Of a DNA stretch of 64,000 bases, positions 38,458-48,490 are shown one piece after another. Position 1 is the first letter of the stretch. Each line of letters starts with the position of its first letter. The translations under genes were made by a program, and so were the position numbers. This DNA is from an uncultured Thermoplasmata archaeon (GTDB lineage Archaea > Thermoplasmatota > Thermoplasmata > Lutacidiplasmatales > UBA184): positions 32,812 through 96,811 of the forward strand of contig CAVVLX010000010.1 in assembly GCA_963749195.1 (NCBI GenBank). The letters run 5' to 3'. The notes under the pieces are model-generated. The model searched no databases. It saw only the letters and a list, made by a program, of their open reading frames with translations, and was not told the DNA's origin.

Positions 38458-38934
38458 TCAGGGAAGAATACAGAGGAGTTCGTCGATTTCCACCTTACGG
38501 GCGCTCGCATAGCTGTGTTCTTCTCCGTATACCGTGAATCCGCTTTTCTCCAAGACCCGCCGGGATGCGATATTGTCCTTAGCGACTCGAGCAAATATCG
38601 GTCGAAGTTCGATCTGTTGGACGAACGCCCGCAGAGCCCCGGTCGCCACACCCTTCCCCCAGAATTCATTACGAATCCAGTAGGCAACCGACGGTTTCCC
38701 AAAGAGCTCGAACTGGAGGACGTAGCCCGCGACTTGCCCCTTCCAGACGATAGTACGTTTGACCGTCGAGTCGTCTTGCAGTATTTTTCTCCAATGTTGT
38801 AGATTTTTTGCTCGATCCACTGGCTCTTCCATTCCGAACGCGGCCATCCAGCGTCCCTCAGGATTTGACTCAAGCTCGACAAACGTCGGTAGGTCCGTAT
38901 CGACGACCTCCCGGAGGACGAGATCTTCTATCAA
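38458..38934 (-). CDS. GNAT-family N-acetyltransferase (RimJ/RimL-like)
   Basis: 158 aa with the acetyl-CoA loop WGKGVATGALRAF. GC content looks locally lower. Confidence 0.85.
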   Translation of the reverse strand: MIEDLVLREVVDTDLPTFVELESNPEGRWMAAFGMEEPVDRAKNLQHWRKILQDDSTVKRTIVWKGQVAGYVLQFELFGKPSVAYWIRNEFWGKGVATGALRAFVQQIELRPIFARVAKDNIASRRVLEKSGFTVYGEEHSYASARKVEIDELLCILP

Positions 38935-39195
38935 TAGGACTCCCGGCTGAACGCCAAAGCCCGTGAACTACATGAACCGCGTCGGCGACGGTCAGGAATC
39001 GGGGTCCCCTATGAACGAAGTTGATCTCAACGCCCCTTCGAACTTCCTCTACGCCTAGTGGATGCCGCAAATCTCCCCCCCGGCGGGTGAAACCGAGCCG
39101 CTCACCACCCTTCGAGGGCGCGACATGACTCGAGGTCTATGCCTTCATATTCGTAATAACGGCAAGGCGCTAGCCGGTTGGAACTCGGGTTCGCC

Positions 39196-39759
39196 ATGCA
39201 ACCGGTGTACACGCGTTGGGCTCGCTTTGGGCCAACTGATCGAGCTTGGTTCATTCATCTCCCGGTGGGTGGCTTTTGCGTGTCGGCGTTCCTGCTCGTT
39301 AGGAATCGTCGGGGGGATGTCCTGCTCGGGCGACCGAAGGAACATTCCGATTGGCCCGAGAAGGGCTGCCTCCCTATCTGGCGCGTAAAACAAGTGCGAG
39401 ACGAAATGGGCTGGATACTTCCGGCTAGTCACTTCCTGATGGAGGAATCTCCACAGCATGCGGCGAGACGTATCATGCATGATTGGGCGGGAATCTCCTC
39501 AGGAAAGCCCCGCTTACTCGGCGTGGAATCGGAAGTCATGGGCCCTCGCGTCACAGTGGGTTCTGGACGGACCCGACGGCGGGTCCATCATTGGGCAATG
39601 TGTTTTGTCTACGGCCTAACGACAGATCGCAGCCCGAAGCCGCCGCGGGGATGGGACGAGCTGCGTTTCATTCCTGTACGCGAGCTCAAGTCAGTTCGTA
39701 TCGGTCGAAGTCACGGCGATCTTCTTTTTCCTTTTCTGAAGGCGAAAGGGCAGGGTTGA
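39196..39759 (+). CDS. NUDIX-like hydrolase with degenerate Nudix box (tentative)
   Basis: Trimmed to the ATG at 39196. The segment MEESPQHAARRIMHDWAGI resembles a weakened GX5EX7REUXEEXGU box. Confidence 0.5.
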   Translation: MQPVYTRWARFGPTDRAWFIHLPVGGFCVSAFLLVRNRRGDVLLGRPKEHSDWPEKGCLPIWRVKQVRDEMGWILPASHFLMEESPQHAARRIMHDWAGISSGKPRLLGVESEVMGPRVTVGSGRTRRRVHHWAMCFVYGLTTDRSPKPPRGWDELRFIPVRELKSVRIGRSHGDLLFPFLKAKGQG

Positions 39760-39934
39760 ACCGCACTCCGTTCCCGCGCGACTACCGTTTGAGTACCGCG
39801 GGGAGTCAGGCGGACGGGAATTCCTCCGGGCCATTTGTTCGTGGATTTGGAACGACAGCTCACCCCCCACTTCACGCCAAAATGTCGGGACGATGGCGAG
39901 AGGCCCAGAATCCATGCTCCACCGGGCGGGGAGT

Positions 39935-39946
39935 CTATTAGTATAA
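39935..39946 (+). promoter_or_regulatory. A/T-rich TATA-like region (CTATTAGTATAA) 20-30 nt upstream of GTG 39966
   Basis: It is the only A/T-rich patch in the spacer and its spacing is consistent with a leaderless transcript. Confidence 0.3.
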
Positions 39947-39965
39947 GTGTGTAGATATGTAGACC

Positions 39966-40244
39966 GTGTCCAGCAAGACGGTGTCGCTCGAGTCTTCTGC
40001 TTACGAACGCCTGAGGGCGGCCAAGGCGCCCGGCGAAAGCTTCTCCGAGACGGTCAACCGAATTCTCGCAGGTTCTAAACCCTCGATCCGCTCCCTCGCC
40101 GGATTTCTAAGCCCTTCGGATGCCGAGCGAGTGAAGATCACTGTTCGCCGAATGCGCGCACAAGAGGCACCGGGAGAACGAGCTCGGATCGTGGATTGGA
40201 GGAGGAACGGTGGGCGTCACGTACGACACGAGCGCGCTCATTGA
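39966..40244 (+). CDS. vapB: type II antitoxin, short archaeal-style VapB-like
   Basis: N-terminus KTVSLESSAYERLRAAKAPGESFSETVNRIL. GTG start. It overlaps the downstream PIN gene by 35 nt. Confidence 0.7.
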   Translation: MSSKTVSLESSAYERLRAAKAPGESFSETVNRILAGSKPSIRSLAGFLSPSDAERVKITVRRMRAQEAPGERARIVDWRRNGGRHVRHERAH

Positions 40245-40611
40245 CGTTCTGAGAGGCAACGAAGGGGTCCTTCGTGAGGCCGACCGGTTAGAACAAAAAG
40301 GACTGTTGCCGATACTGAGCACGGTCGCGGTATTCGAGGTCCTCTCGGGAGTCGAGTTTACTAAGTCCCGACTTGAACGGACCCGCCTCGAAGCATTGCT
40401 CTCCCGCTTTCAAGTCGAGCCTTTCGACCGAGAATCTGCTCGCCGGGCGGCAGAACTCCGATCCGAACTTCTCCGTGCAGGCCAGGGACCCGGAGCCCCC
40501 GATGTAATGATTGCTGGTCAGGCACTAGCGGGCGGGCACACTCTGGTGACGCGGGATCGCACTCTCGCGTCCGTCGCGAAGTCGTCGGGCCTTCACGTGG
40601 TCTTGTACTGA
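40210..40611 (+). CDS. vapC: PIN-domain ribonuclease toxin VapC
   Basis: 133 aa. YDTSALIDVL (first acidic residue), a conserved E/D pattern and TRDR near the C-terminus. GGAGGA lies 4 nt upstream of the GTG. Confidence 0.85.
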   Translation: MGVTYDTSALIDVLRGNEGVLREADRLEQKGLLPILSTVAVFEVLSGVEFTKSRLERTRLEALLSRFQVEPFDRESARRAAELRSELLRAGQGPGAPDVMIAGQALAGGHTLVTRDRTLASVAKSSGLHVVLY

Positions 40612-40615
40612 TTCT

Positions 40616-40633
40616 GTGCAATTGTGGTTGCAC
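40616..40633. repeat. inverted repeat GTGCAA-n6-TTGCAC, 5 nt after the vapC stop
   Basis: Perfect 6-bp arms. The right arm equals the core of the recurrent TTGCAC/TTGCAA motif. Confidence 0.6.
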
Positions 40634-40774
40634 GTGCGGTTCCACGCATTTCGCCGCAAGTCGATGTTCGTAGAGGACCGCTCGCTGAGAACTGTCCTGC
40701 TATGGGCCATGTCCTGACCAACCTGGGCCATTGGGGTTTAAACTTCGGAAGCGTTACGAGAAGAGTGTGATCCC

Positions 40775-41833
40775 ATGGGCGTCGACCCAGAGAAATTGAA
40801 CCAGTTCATTGGAAAATTCCTTGGAGACGTCGGGGCGGCGATTCACGGACCCTCCATCCTCATTGGAGAGCAGCTTGGCCTCTACAAAGCACTCGCCGGG
40901 AGCGGACCGCTAAGCTCCCAGGGCCTGGCCGAAAAAACCGGCATACCGGAACGCTACGCCCGCGAGTGGCTCGCGGGCCAGGCCGCGTCGGGGTACGTCG
41001 AGTATGATGCCGAAGCCAAACGCTATTCGATGACACCCGAGCAGGCTTTCGCGCTGACTGTCGAGGATAACCCGGTGTACGTGCCTGGGGTTTACTATTC
41101 CATCGCCTCACTCTACAAGGACCAACGGAAGATCGCGGAGGCGATCAAATCCGGAAAGGGATTCGGTTGGCACGAACACCACAACGATCTTTTCATCGGC
41201 ACCAAGAAATTCTTTCGACCGGGGTATCTGGCGAACCTCGTCAGTTCGTGGCTCCCCAGCCTCGAGGGCGTCGTGCCGAAGCTCGAAGCCGGGGCACAGG
41301 TCGCCGACGTCGGGTGCGGTCTCGGCGCGTCGACCATCATCATGGCGAAGGCGTTTCTGAAATCCAAGTTTCTCGGCTTCGACTACCACCTGGAATCGAT
41401 CGAGTGGGCCCGGAACGACGCGGTGACCCAGAACGTGACCGAGAACGCGGACTTTGAGGTCTCCTCGGCGAAGGAGTTCCGGGGGAAAGGGTACGATCTG
41501 GTGACCTTCTTCGATTGCCTGCACGATATGGGCGACCCCGTGGGCGCAGCCCAGCACGCTCTGACGACCCTCAAGAAAGATGGAACGCTGATGGTCGTAG
41601 AACCATTTGCGAAGGACCGGGTCGAACTGAATCTGAATCCGGTCGGACGCATCTTTTACAATGCCTCCTTCCTGATTTGTGTCCCGGCTTCTCTTTCGCA
41701 AGAGGTTGGAAAGGGGCTCGGCGCCCAAGCGAGCGATGAAAGCCTGAACCAGGTGTTCCGCGACGCAGGGTTCACCCGGGTTCGGAAGGCAATCGAGACG
41801 CCCTTCAACCGGGTGTTCGAAGCGCGCCCCTAA
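40775..41833 (+). CDS. class I SAM-dependent methyltransferase with N-terminal winged-helix/dimerisation domain
   Basis: 352 aa. Motif I VADVGCGLGAS; DLVTFFDCLHDMGDP. Confidence 0.85.
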   Translation: MGVDPEKLNQFIGKFLGDVGAAIHGPSILIGEQLGLYKALAGSGPLSSQGLAEKTGIPERYAREWLAGQAASGYVEYDAEAKRYSMTPEQAFALTVEDNPVYVPGVYYSIASLYKDQRKIAEAIKSGKGFGWHEHHNDLFIGTKKFFRPGYLANLVSSWLPSLEGVVPKLEAGAQVADVGCGLGASTIIMAKAFLKSKFLGFDYHLESIEWARNDAVTQNVTENADFEVSSAKEFRGKGYDLVTFFDCLHDMGDPVGAAQHALTTLKKDGTLMVVEPFAKDRVELNLNPVGRIFYNASFLICVPASLSQEVGKGLGAQASDESLNQVFRDAGFTRVRKAIETPFNRVFEARP

Positions 41834-42082
41834 CGGCTATCAAGGTCGGCAGCGGAGGCGCTCTCCCCAATCCTGTAATCCGGTTCGAGAGACCCCCGCA
41901 CCCTCGGATGCCGACCACAAATCATCTCTCAAGCTGAATTTCCCCCAGGCTCTCCGAATCGGGGGTGGAGGCGCGCACCGACGCACGAGCCGGCTCGCCG
42001 CATCTCCTCAGAATGCTGCGGATGGAGCCTTTGACCCGCAGTTGTAAAGCGCACGGCGGAGTCCCGAAGCCTTAGAGCGATC

Positions 42083-42493
42083 GTGGATCCAGAGGAGCGG
42101 GCTCGACGAGAGCAAGATCGGGTCATCCGAAGTCGAGAGCGTCTCAAATTTCGGGTCTTTTCAGCGGTGCGTGACCTCGTGCTCGCCACGGACCTCTTCC
42201 GTTCGCATTTTCAACTGCACGAGCCGGACATCATCGTAAACGTCTATCGTCAGTACGTGGACGTCGTCACCGCACTGAATGAGGCGCAGCTGCACGTTCT
42301 GCCGGTCCGCAATCGATCTCGAGAGCTCTATCGATTTGCCGAGCAACTTCGAACCGGGATGGAGAGAATCGCGACCGGCCTGGACCTAACGCTCAACGAC
42401 GAACCGTCGCGGTTCGGTGGTTCCGAACCGGTGATGCTGGTTGATGTTCCGAGCGGTTATCGCGCCGTCCTTGTGCGCTCAGGGAACGAGTAG
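42083..42493 (+). CDS. hypothetical protein
   Basis: 136-aa ORF with a GTG start, predicted to be helical. I recognise no family. Confidence 0.4.
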   Translation: MDPEERARREQDRVIRSRERLKFRVFSAVRDLVLATDLFRSHFQLHEPDIIVNVYRQYVDVVTALNEAQLHVLPVRNRSRELYRFAEQLRTGMERIATGLDLTLNDEPSRFGGSEPVMLVDVPSGYRAVLVRSGNE

Positions 42494-42704
42494 TTCCAAT
42501 CGCGAGAAAGCCGGAGGGACGAGCGGCCCTTGGGAGCGTGAACCCCGATAGCGTTGAAGGCACCGGTATACGACGAGCGCAGAGCCTCGGCGGGGCGATG
42601 GGTGAAATCGTGGTTGCACCCATTCTGCCCGCGGGTTCGATCGGGTCTCGACCCAAAGGTCGGTATAACCCCGAGCATTCGCTTCACCTGGGTCAGATGT
42701 TGAT

Positions 42705-43070
42705 ATGGTCGAGAATTTGCTCGAGGCTCTCAAACGGACGTGGGAGGCCGGAGACGCGCTAGGGGCGGCCAAGTGGTACCACGAAAACGCGATTCATCGG
42801 GACGGTGTGGGTCCGCAGGGAACGCTCTTCCGAGGTCGAGTCGCAATACGAAGGGGGATTGAGGAAATGTTCGCAGTCCCTGACCCCCGGTTCACGGTAA
42901 AATCGATGTTCTCCACCGGAACCCGAGGCGCCGCTGAGTGGACCTTCGCGTGGACCGATTCGAAGAATGGGTCGCGATGGGCGATTCATGGCTCGAGTGT
43001 GTTTGAATTCCGAGATGGCCTCGTCGCTAGTGAGACGAGCTACTACGACCCAGTGCCGGCGCCGGTTTGA
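42705..43070 (+). CDS. NTF2-like / SnoaL-like protein
   Basis: 121 aa with the typical N-terminal helix (LEALKRTWEAGDALGAAKWYHENAI) and C-terminal beta-sheet. Confidence 0.75.
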   Translation: MVENLLEALKRTWEAGDALGAAKWYHENAIHRDGVGPQGTLFRGRVAIRRGIEEMFAVPDPRFTVKSMFSTGTRGAAEWTFAWTDSKNGSRWAIHGSSVFEFRDGLVASETSYYDPVPAPV

Positions 43071-43256
43071 TCACCATCGTATGTGCTGGCCATCCAGAGT
43101 ACCACTATCTCGCTCGATAGGGGAAAGAGTCGCGGCACCTCCCGTCATGGATGCTCGACGGGCGCGAGGCGTCGTCATCGTACCAGGCTCAATAAGTCAG
43201 GGGAAGATGACCGATGACTGGGTTGCGACGTGTGGGCGGATCTCTCGACTCTATCT

Positions 43257-43703
43257 TCATCCCCGCCCCCGCATCGAGGTTTTTGTGTACGTAAGGTCAA
43301 AGTCGTGGATCCACGTCTTTCCATCAGAGGACCGGTCCCAGCGCGCGCGGATTGTCCGGCCCCGGTTCGTGATTCGACCCTCGAATCGCTGATGGAAGCC
43401 CGGGGCGTCTCGCCAGATTCTCCATACTCCTCGACGGAAAGTCATCCGGTAGACGCGAGATACTTCGCGGTCGTCGCTGTAAAGAACGCAATACTCCGAC
43501 GAAGATTCATCTCGGCCGATGACCCAACGCGAAGGTCCGAACCGGTAGAGAAGGAACTTTCCTCGCTCGATCCATTCAAAGGTGGCCTCGTCAAAGAGTT
43601 GAGCGGGACCGCCCACTAGTTTGTGGGTTTCCTCGGACCAGCGGATTACCGTGTCCCAGGTCCCTGCGAGAACTGTTACGGGTTTCAGAGAGGGGATCGG
43701 CAT
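43257..43703 (-). CDS. hypothetical beta-rich protein (lipocalin/DUF1579-like by recollection)
   Basis: Trimmed to the ATG at 43701-43703 (MPIPSLKPVTVLAGTWDT...). Confidence 0.5.
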   Translation of the reverse strand: MPIPSLKPVTVLAGTWDTVIRWSEETHKLVGGPAQLFDEATFEWIERGKFLLYRFGPSRWVIGRDESSSEYCVLYSDDREVSRVYRMTFRRGVWRIWRDAPGFHQRFEGRITNRGRTIRARWDRSSDGKTWIHDFDLTYTKTSMRGRG

Positions 43704-43913
43704 AACCGAGGTGCAACAACACTCCACTGTGAAATAACCACTGAGCGGATGGCCGCCCCTGTCGGGCCAGCTTCATTGCGGCCGCCCGTTCGCGCCATGC
43801 GTGCAGGCTTGATTGCAACGCTCAATTGGGGTCGAAATAGGATGGAACTCCGGCCCGGTTCTGGCACGAAACTGCTCTCCCCTTAAGGCGCGGAGTCACC
43901 GTGGCCGATTGTC

Positions 43914-45062
43914 ATGACGCGGAAGAAAATACTCTGGGTCCTGCCGATTGCCGCCGTGCTGTTGTTCGTCGCGTCGAGTGCCGCAGCTGTGTCCGGTGCC
44001 CCGAGCTCGGAATTGGGACAAGGCCACGCAATACAAGGCGCGGTGTTCACCGCAACGAACAGTCCTGCCGGTAACGCCGTGTTGGCCTACAAAGTCCTGC
44101 AAGACGGGTCCCTCCTTCCGGCCGGTGACTTCATAACCGGCGGCACGGGAACGGGTGCGAGTCTCGCCGATTCGGGATCTCTCGTTCTGACATCGGATCA
44201 CGGCTGGCTGTTAGTCGTCAATGCCGCGAGCAACACGGTTTCCGTATTCCAAGTGAACTCCGATCTGAACCACGGATCTCTTCTCAAACTCATAGACCAA
44301 GTAAGCTCATTCGGCACGCTCCCGGTGAGCGTCACCGTGTCCGGTTCGCTTGTCTACGTACTAAACGCCGGTACCTCCTCCACCCCCGGGAATATCTTTG
44401 GGTTCCGCCTCGCACATGAGGGCCAGCTCCTACCGCTTACCGGTTCGAGCCAATCGCTGAGCACGAGCGCGTCGACGGCGCCCGCGCAAATTTCGTTCAA
44501 TCCCACCGGCAACGTTCTAGTCGTCACGGAGAAGAACACGAGCGTCTTGGACTCCTACACCGTGGACCGGCATGGATATGCTTCCGGCCCGACGGTCACC
44601 GCCTCTGGGGGAGCCACGCCGTACGGATTCGCCTGGGGACGCAGTGGCACTCTTGTGGTCAGCGACGCGGGTCCGGGCGCTCTGTCGTCGTACTCCGTCG
44701 CGTCTTCCGGGGCCGTCACGGTCGTAAACCCGGCCGACTTGGACGGGCAGGCCGCGGCGTGTTGGGTGGCCACCATCGAAGGGGGCGGAATCGCATATAC
44801 ATCGAACGCGCACAGCGGCACGATCTCGACGTATGGTGTTAATCGCCAGGGGGATTTGACCCTCCTCACAGCGGTCGCCGCCATGACTGCGGCGGGCGAT
44901 ACCGATCTTGCCGTGGGAGGCTGGGGAGGTCACTATCTGTTTGTCTCCGACGTGGGCACACCCGAAATCCAAGAGTTCTCGATTGGGTGGAACGCTAGCC
45001 TGACACTGCAGAACGCCGTCAGTGGGCTACCTGCGACGTCCGAAGGCTTGGCTGCGTTCTAG
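43914..45062 (+). CDS. secreted 7-bladed beta-propeller lactonase-family protein
   Basis: Signal/TM N-terminus KKILWVLPIAAVLLFVASSAAAV. Repetitive blade-like segments are typical of 6-phosphogluconolactonase-like propellers. Confidence 0.75.
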   Translation: MTRKKILWVLPIAAVLLFVASSAAAVSGAPSSELGQGHAIQGAVFTATNSPAGNAVLAYKVLQDGSLLPAGDFITGGTGTGASLADSGSLVLTSDHGWLLVVNAASNTVSVFQVNSDLNHGSLLKLIDQVSSFGTLPVSVTVSGSLVYVLNAGTSSTPGNIFGFRLAHEGQLLPLTGSSQSLSTSASTAPAQISFNPTGNVLVVTEKNTSVLDSYTVDRHGYASGPTVTASGGATPYGFAWGRSGTLVVSDAGPGALSSYSVASSGAVTVVNPADLDGQAAACWVATIEGGGIAYTSNAHSGTISTYGVNRQGDLTLLTAVAAMTAAGDTDLAVGGWGGHYLFVSDVGTPEIQEFSIGWNASLTLQNAVSGLPATSEGLAAF

Positions 45063-45133
45063 TACTGCCTCGGAGGCGGAGAGAACAAGGCGGAGGTGGG
45101 GTTGATAAGGAGCGACTCTCTCGACAGGAACGG

Positions 45134-45487
45134 ATGTTGAGCCCGGGCTTCCGTTCGCTGATGTGGTACCTGCTCTGCGGTACCAGAGGCGGACCGAACC
45201 GAGTGCGGATCCTCGAGCGACTTGAGCGCTCCCCGGCCAATGCTCACCAGCTCGCGGCTTCTCTCGGGCTCGACTATCGCACGGTGCGCCACCACCTTCG
45301 GCTACTCGAACGGAACGGGGCGATAGCCCGCCCGGTCGGGGACGCTTATGCCGCCCCCTACGAGCTCTCCCCGTACGTGGCGGAACATTACCAGGATCTG
45401 AGACACATTCTGTTCGAGCGGGCTCGGACACATCCGGCAGTTCGCAAGGGGTCCCGGCTTAACCGAATGGTGGAGGCAGACCGGTGA
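45134..45487 (+). CDS. ArsR-type winged-helix transcriptional regulator
   Basis: RVRILERLERSPANAHQLAASLGLDYRTVRHHLRLLERNG. Confidence 0.8.
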   Translation: MLSPGFRSLMWYLLCGTRGGPNRVRILERLERSPANAHQLAASLGLDYRTVRHHLRLLERNGAIARPVGDAYAAPYELSPYVAEHYQDLRHILFERARTHPAVRKGSRLNRMVEADR

Positions 45488-45771
45488 CCAGTTTCCTGAT
45501 GGAGGCGAGCGTTGCGCTCGGTCTGATCAGCATTGTTCTCGCGATCGTCCTTTTCGCACTTTATCGCAGGTTGTACACGCAAGCAAAGACAGGTTTCGCC
45601 CTCGCCCTCCTTGTCTTCGCCGGAGCCTTTGTGATCCAGAGTGGGCTGACTGTCTACTCGTACCTGAATGCCATGCCGTTAATCCCGGATTCGTTCGCGC
45701 CGTTTCTGTTCGGGATCGGTCTCTGCGAGGCGACCGGCCTCGGAGCGGTCGTGTGGACCGCGTCGAGGTAG
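45484..45771 (+). CDS. small membrane protein (3 TM), translationally coupled to the ArsR-type regulator
   Basis: The GTG at 45484 overlaps the regulator's TGA (GTGA). It has three hydrophobic helices. Confidence 0.6.
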   Translation: MTSFLMEASVALGLISIVLAIVLFALYRRLYTQAKTGFALALLVFAGAFVIQSGLTVYSYLNAMPLIPDSFAPFLFGIGLCEATGLGAVVWTASR

Positions 45772-45885
45772 AGAGACGGCCGCACGAGACGCCAACTCTG
45801 ACCTGGGAACGGAGAAGGGTGGCGGACTTTGGTCGGACCGAGTGGATCATCTCTGAGAGTTCTTCGAGAATCGGAGTAGAAAAAT

Positions 45886-46323
45886 ATGAACAAGAAGCGA
45901 GTCGTCGCGAGCGTGACCCGAGAGATCGCGGCCAAGCCCCGTGAGGTTTTCGAGGCGTGGATTGATCCCAAGCACCCGGGGAGCCCCTGGTCAAAGCGCA
46001 ACGGAATCAGGCTCGCGATCGTGAATCCCACCGTCGACGGGCTCTTCTACATCAATATGGGTCCGCCGATGCCGCTCGCGACCCACTACGGTCGGTTCCT
46101 GCGGCTCGTCAAGCCGAAGCTGATCGAGCACACATGGGCCTCCGAAGGCACTCTTGGTGCCGATACCTTCGTCAGGATCACGTTGAAGGCGAAGGGAGGG
46201 GGGACGATGCTCTCGCTTCGCCACACGGGCCTAAAAGATGTGAAAAACGCCCGCGCCCACGAAGAGGGCTGGGGTTGGATCGTAGGTTGGCTTGCCAACG
46301 GATTCGCCTCCGAGAGGCGCTAA
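45886..46323 (+). CDS. SRPBCC-superfamily protein (AHSA1/START-like)
   Basis: 145 aa: ASVTREIAAKPREVFEAWIDP, THYGRFLRLVKPKLIEHTW, GGTMLSLRHTG. Confidence 0.85.
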   Translation: MNKKRVVASVTREIAAKPREVFEAWIDPKHPGSPWSKRNGIRLAIVNPTVDGLFYINMGPPMPLATHYGRFLRLVKPKLIEHTWASEGTLGADTFVRITLKAKGGGTMLSLRHTGLKDVKNARAHEEGWGWIVGWLANGFASERR

Positions 46324-46439
46324 TCAACGTACCCTGTTCCGGCGGGAGGGAGCTGAGTGGGCGTAAGCCCGATTGCACCTGCCGTACCGCGGGTTGAGCG
46401 TCGGTCAAACCCACTGACGCGGATTCACTCCGAGGCTCG

Positions 46440-46748
46440 CTAAAGTCGACGGTAGCGCGCCCAGAGGAGACCTAACATTGCGGCGATGCCCACCAGATAC
46501 CAAGACAGGTCGGTGGCGCCCGCCCAAAGGAAGGGCTGGTTCGTCTCGTTGACTGGGTCCCACAGGAGCTCTTTGAGAAACACGATGAACGTGAAAGCGG
46601 CCAGGGTAACGCGCGGTACGTTTGGGTGCGTTCGCGCGGGATCCCCCAGTGTCCCAGGGGCGAGTGCGTACACGGCCGCGACGGCGAGAGCTCCGATGGC
46701 CCCATGGACTTCTGGGAAAATTATGGCCGCGCTCGTCCAATCGACCAC
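46440..46748 (-). CDS. hypothetical small membrane protein
   Basis: 102 aa with three hydrophobic segments. Confidence 0.45.
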   Translation of the reverse strand: MVDWTSAAIIFPEVHGAIGALAVAAVYALAPGTLGDPARTHPNVPRVTLAAFTFIVFLKELLWDPVNETNQPFLWAGATDLSWYLVGIAAMLGLLWARYRRL

Positions 46749-46921
46749 GTCGTAGTCGTACCTCGAGTTTCTGTAAGATTATCTGGTGCCAGTTGGAAGT
46801 CCCCAAGGATTTGCTAGGCGCCGATAAGGAACCTTCAGCCGTTGTCCTAAACGCAATCTGTTAGCAAAAGGGGCGGATCTACCGCGAGTGAAAAGCGCAC
46901 TGCAGCATGGCGATTAGTCAG

Positions 46922-47371
46922 TCACTTCAGACCGATCTGGCTCATGAGCCCGACAAGGTCGTAAAACAGTCTCTCCTCCGTGATCTGCCCTGATTCGTTC
47001 CAGGTCGCGACGGTGCAGAACTCGACGTGGAAACTCTTGTTCGTGGGTGGGATGACCTTGCCCGGACCCATCTTCATAGGTCCCTTCATCGTTCCAGAGA
47101 AATCCGCGATGGAGCAGGTGTGATTGCCCGCCGTGAAGAAGATCTTGTAGGGGCGGTTGATCAGGTGGTTGTCGGGAAACGTCTTGAAAAATTCCACCGC
47201 TTCCACGTCGTGATTGTGCCGTCCCCTCGTCGGTTCGGGCTGGCCGGGCCAGTAGACCGCTACGTCCTCCGTGTGCCTCTTTCTGAAGGTCTCCCATAGT
47301 GGGCTGTTTGGTCCGGCGTTCCAGGCATCGTCCAACGTCTGCATCAGCTCCGCCAACTCTTCTGGCTTCAC
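46922..47371 (-). CDS. ester cyclase / SnoaL-like protein
   Basis: 149 aa with a GTG start. FSGTMKGPMKMGPGKVIPPTNKSF parallels 33481..33909. Confidence 0.8.
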   Translation of the reverse strand: MKPEELAELMQTLDDAWNAGPNSPLWETFRKRHTEDVAVYWPGQPEPTRGRHNHDVEAVEFFKTFPDNHLINRPYKIFFTAGNHTCSIADFSGTMKGPMKMGPGKVIPPTNKSFHVEFCTVATWNESGQITEERLFYDLVGLMSQIGLK

Positions 47372-47583
47372 GAGGACCCTCAGATCGGAGAATCTCTTGC
47401 GAATCTTAAGTCAATCGAACTTCGCGGGCGATCGGCCCGGATGTAATGACAGTCGCAAGCCGGCGGTGGGGGACGACCCGAGTCGCGCCGCGTGGGAATG
47501 GCGACGTTCGCGAAGGGGTTGTGCTTCAGCCCCCGGCGGGGTTCCTCGCTTCGCTCCCAAGTCCCGAGGATTGCCAGGTCGCG

Positions 47584-48177
47584 CTAGGCGCGGAACCCTC
47601 GAACCGTTTCGTAGTGGAGGAGCAACTCTCCGTCTTCCATGGTCGTCGACGAGAGGAGCTTGAGGGTCGCTTGCGCCTTCATCGGACCCCAGTACCGGGG
47701 TCCCTTGCCGTAGACCACCGGCTGCACAACGGCCCAATAGTCGTCCGCAAGCCCTCGCCGTAGGAATTCGAGGATGAGTCGCGGGCCCCCTTCCGCGATG
47801 ATGTTCCCTCCCTTCTCGCGCTTCAGCTTCACCACGATTTTGGAAAGGTCGCCCTTCATGATCCGGGAGTTCTCCCACCCCGGGGACTTCAAGCGATTCG
47901 ACAAGCAGACCTTGTCGACGTGGTCGAGCCACCGAGAGTAATCGACGAGGTACTTCGGGTCGCTCGGCTTTCGCGCCTTCTCGGTCCAGACGCGTCGGTG
48001 ACCCACGAACGACCTCCGGCCCATGATGACGGTCGTGACATCGTCGAACCGATTCAACCACATCTCGCGCCACATTGCGTTGGCCTCCGTCGACGGCCGG
48101 TCCCAACCCGGGTACTTCGGGAACGCGCCGCGGCCGTCTAGGGTCATGTATAAACTGGCGGTGATTTTTCGACTCAT
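47584..48177 (-). CDS. dihydrofolate-reductase-like (RibD C-terminal domain) family protein
   Basis: Trimmed to the ATG at 48175-48177, preceded by AGGAGGG. Sequence features are RKITASLYMTLDGR and NIIAEGGPRLILEF. Confidence 0.85.
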   Translation of the reverse strand: MSRKITASLYMTLDGRGAFPKYPGWDRPSTEANAMWREMWLNRFDDVTTVIMGRRSFVGHRRVWTEKARKPSDPKYLVDYSRWLDHVDKVCLSNRLKSPGWENSRIMKGDLSKIVVKLKREKGGNIIAEGGPRLILEFLRRGLADDYWAVVQPVVYGKGPRYWGPMKAQATLKLLSSTTMEDGELLLHYETVRGFRA

Positions 48178-48490
48178 GGATTCCCTCCTACGCAGGGCTT
48201 CGGATATACTCTGACCCCCCCCCCGCGAGTAGCTCGTCCACACTGTCTCAAGTCGCCGTGACGGCGGATTCCATCGCGGGGCTTGCCCTCTGGTCGCGGT
48301 CTTCCCGGCGCTTGTAGGTCCGCCGGGTCAGGCGACTACGTGCGACGCAGGTTGCACTTGATTTCTTGGTGTTTCCGCGCGACTAGGAGAGCTCCGCTCC
48401 AAGATTTAGGCGACTATATTCCGGCCCTTGCTGCTCATCTGGGAAATCGACCCACACCTTCGAGTCGGCTTCTTTTTGCCCTGATAACCA

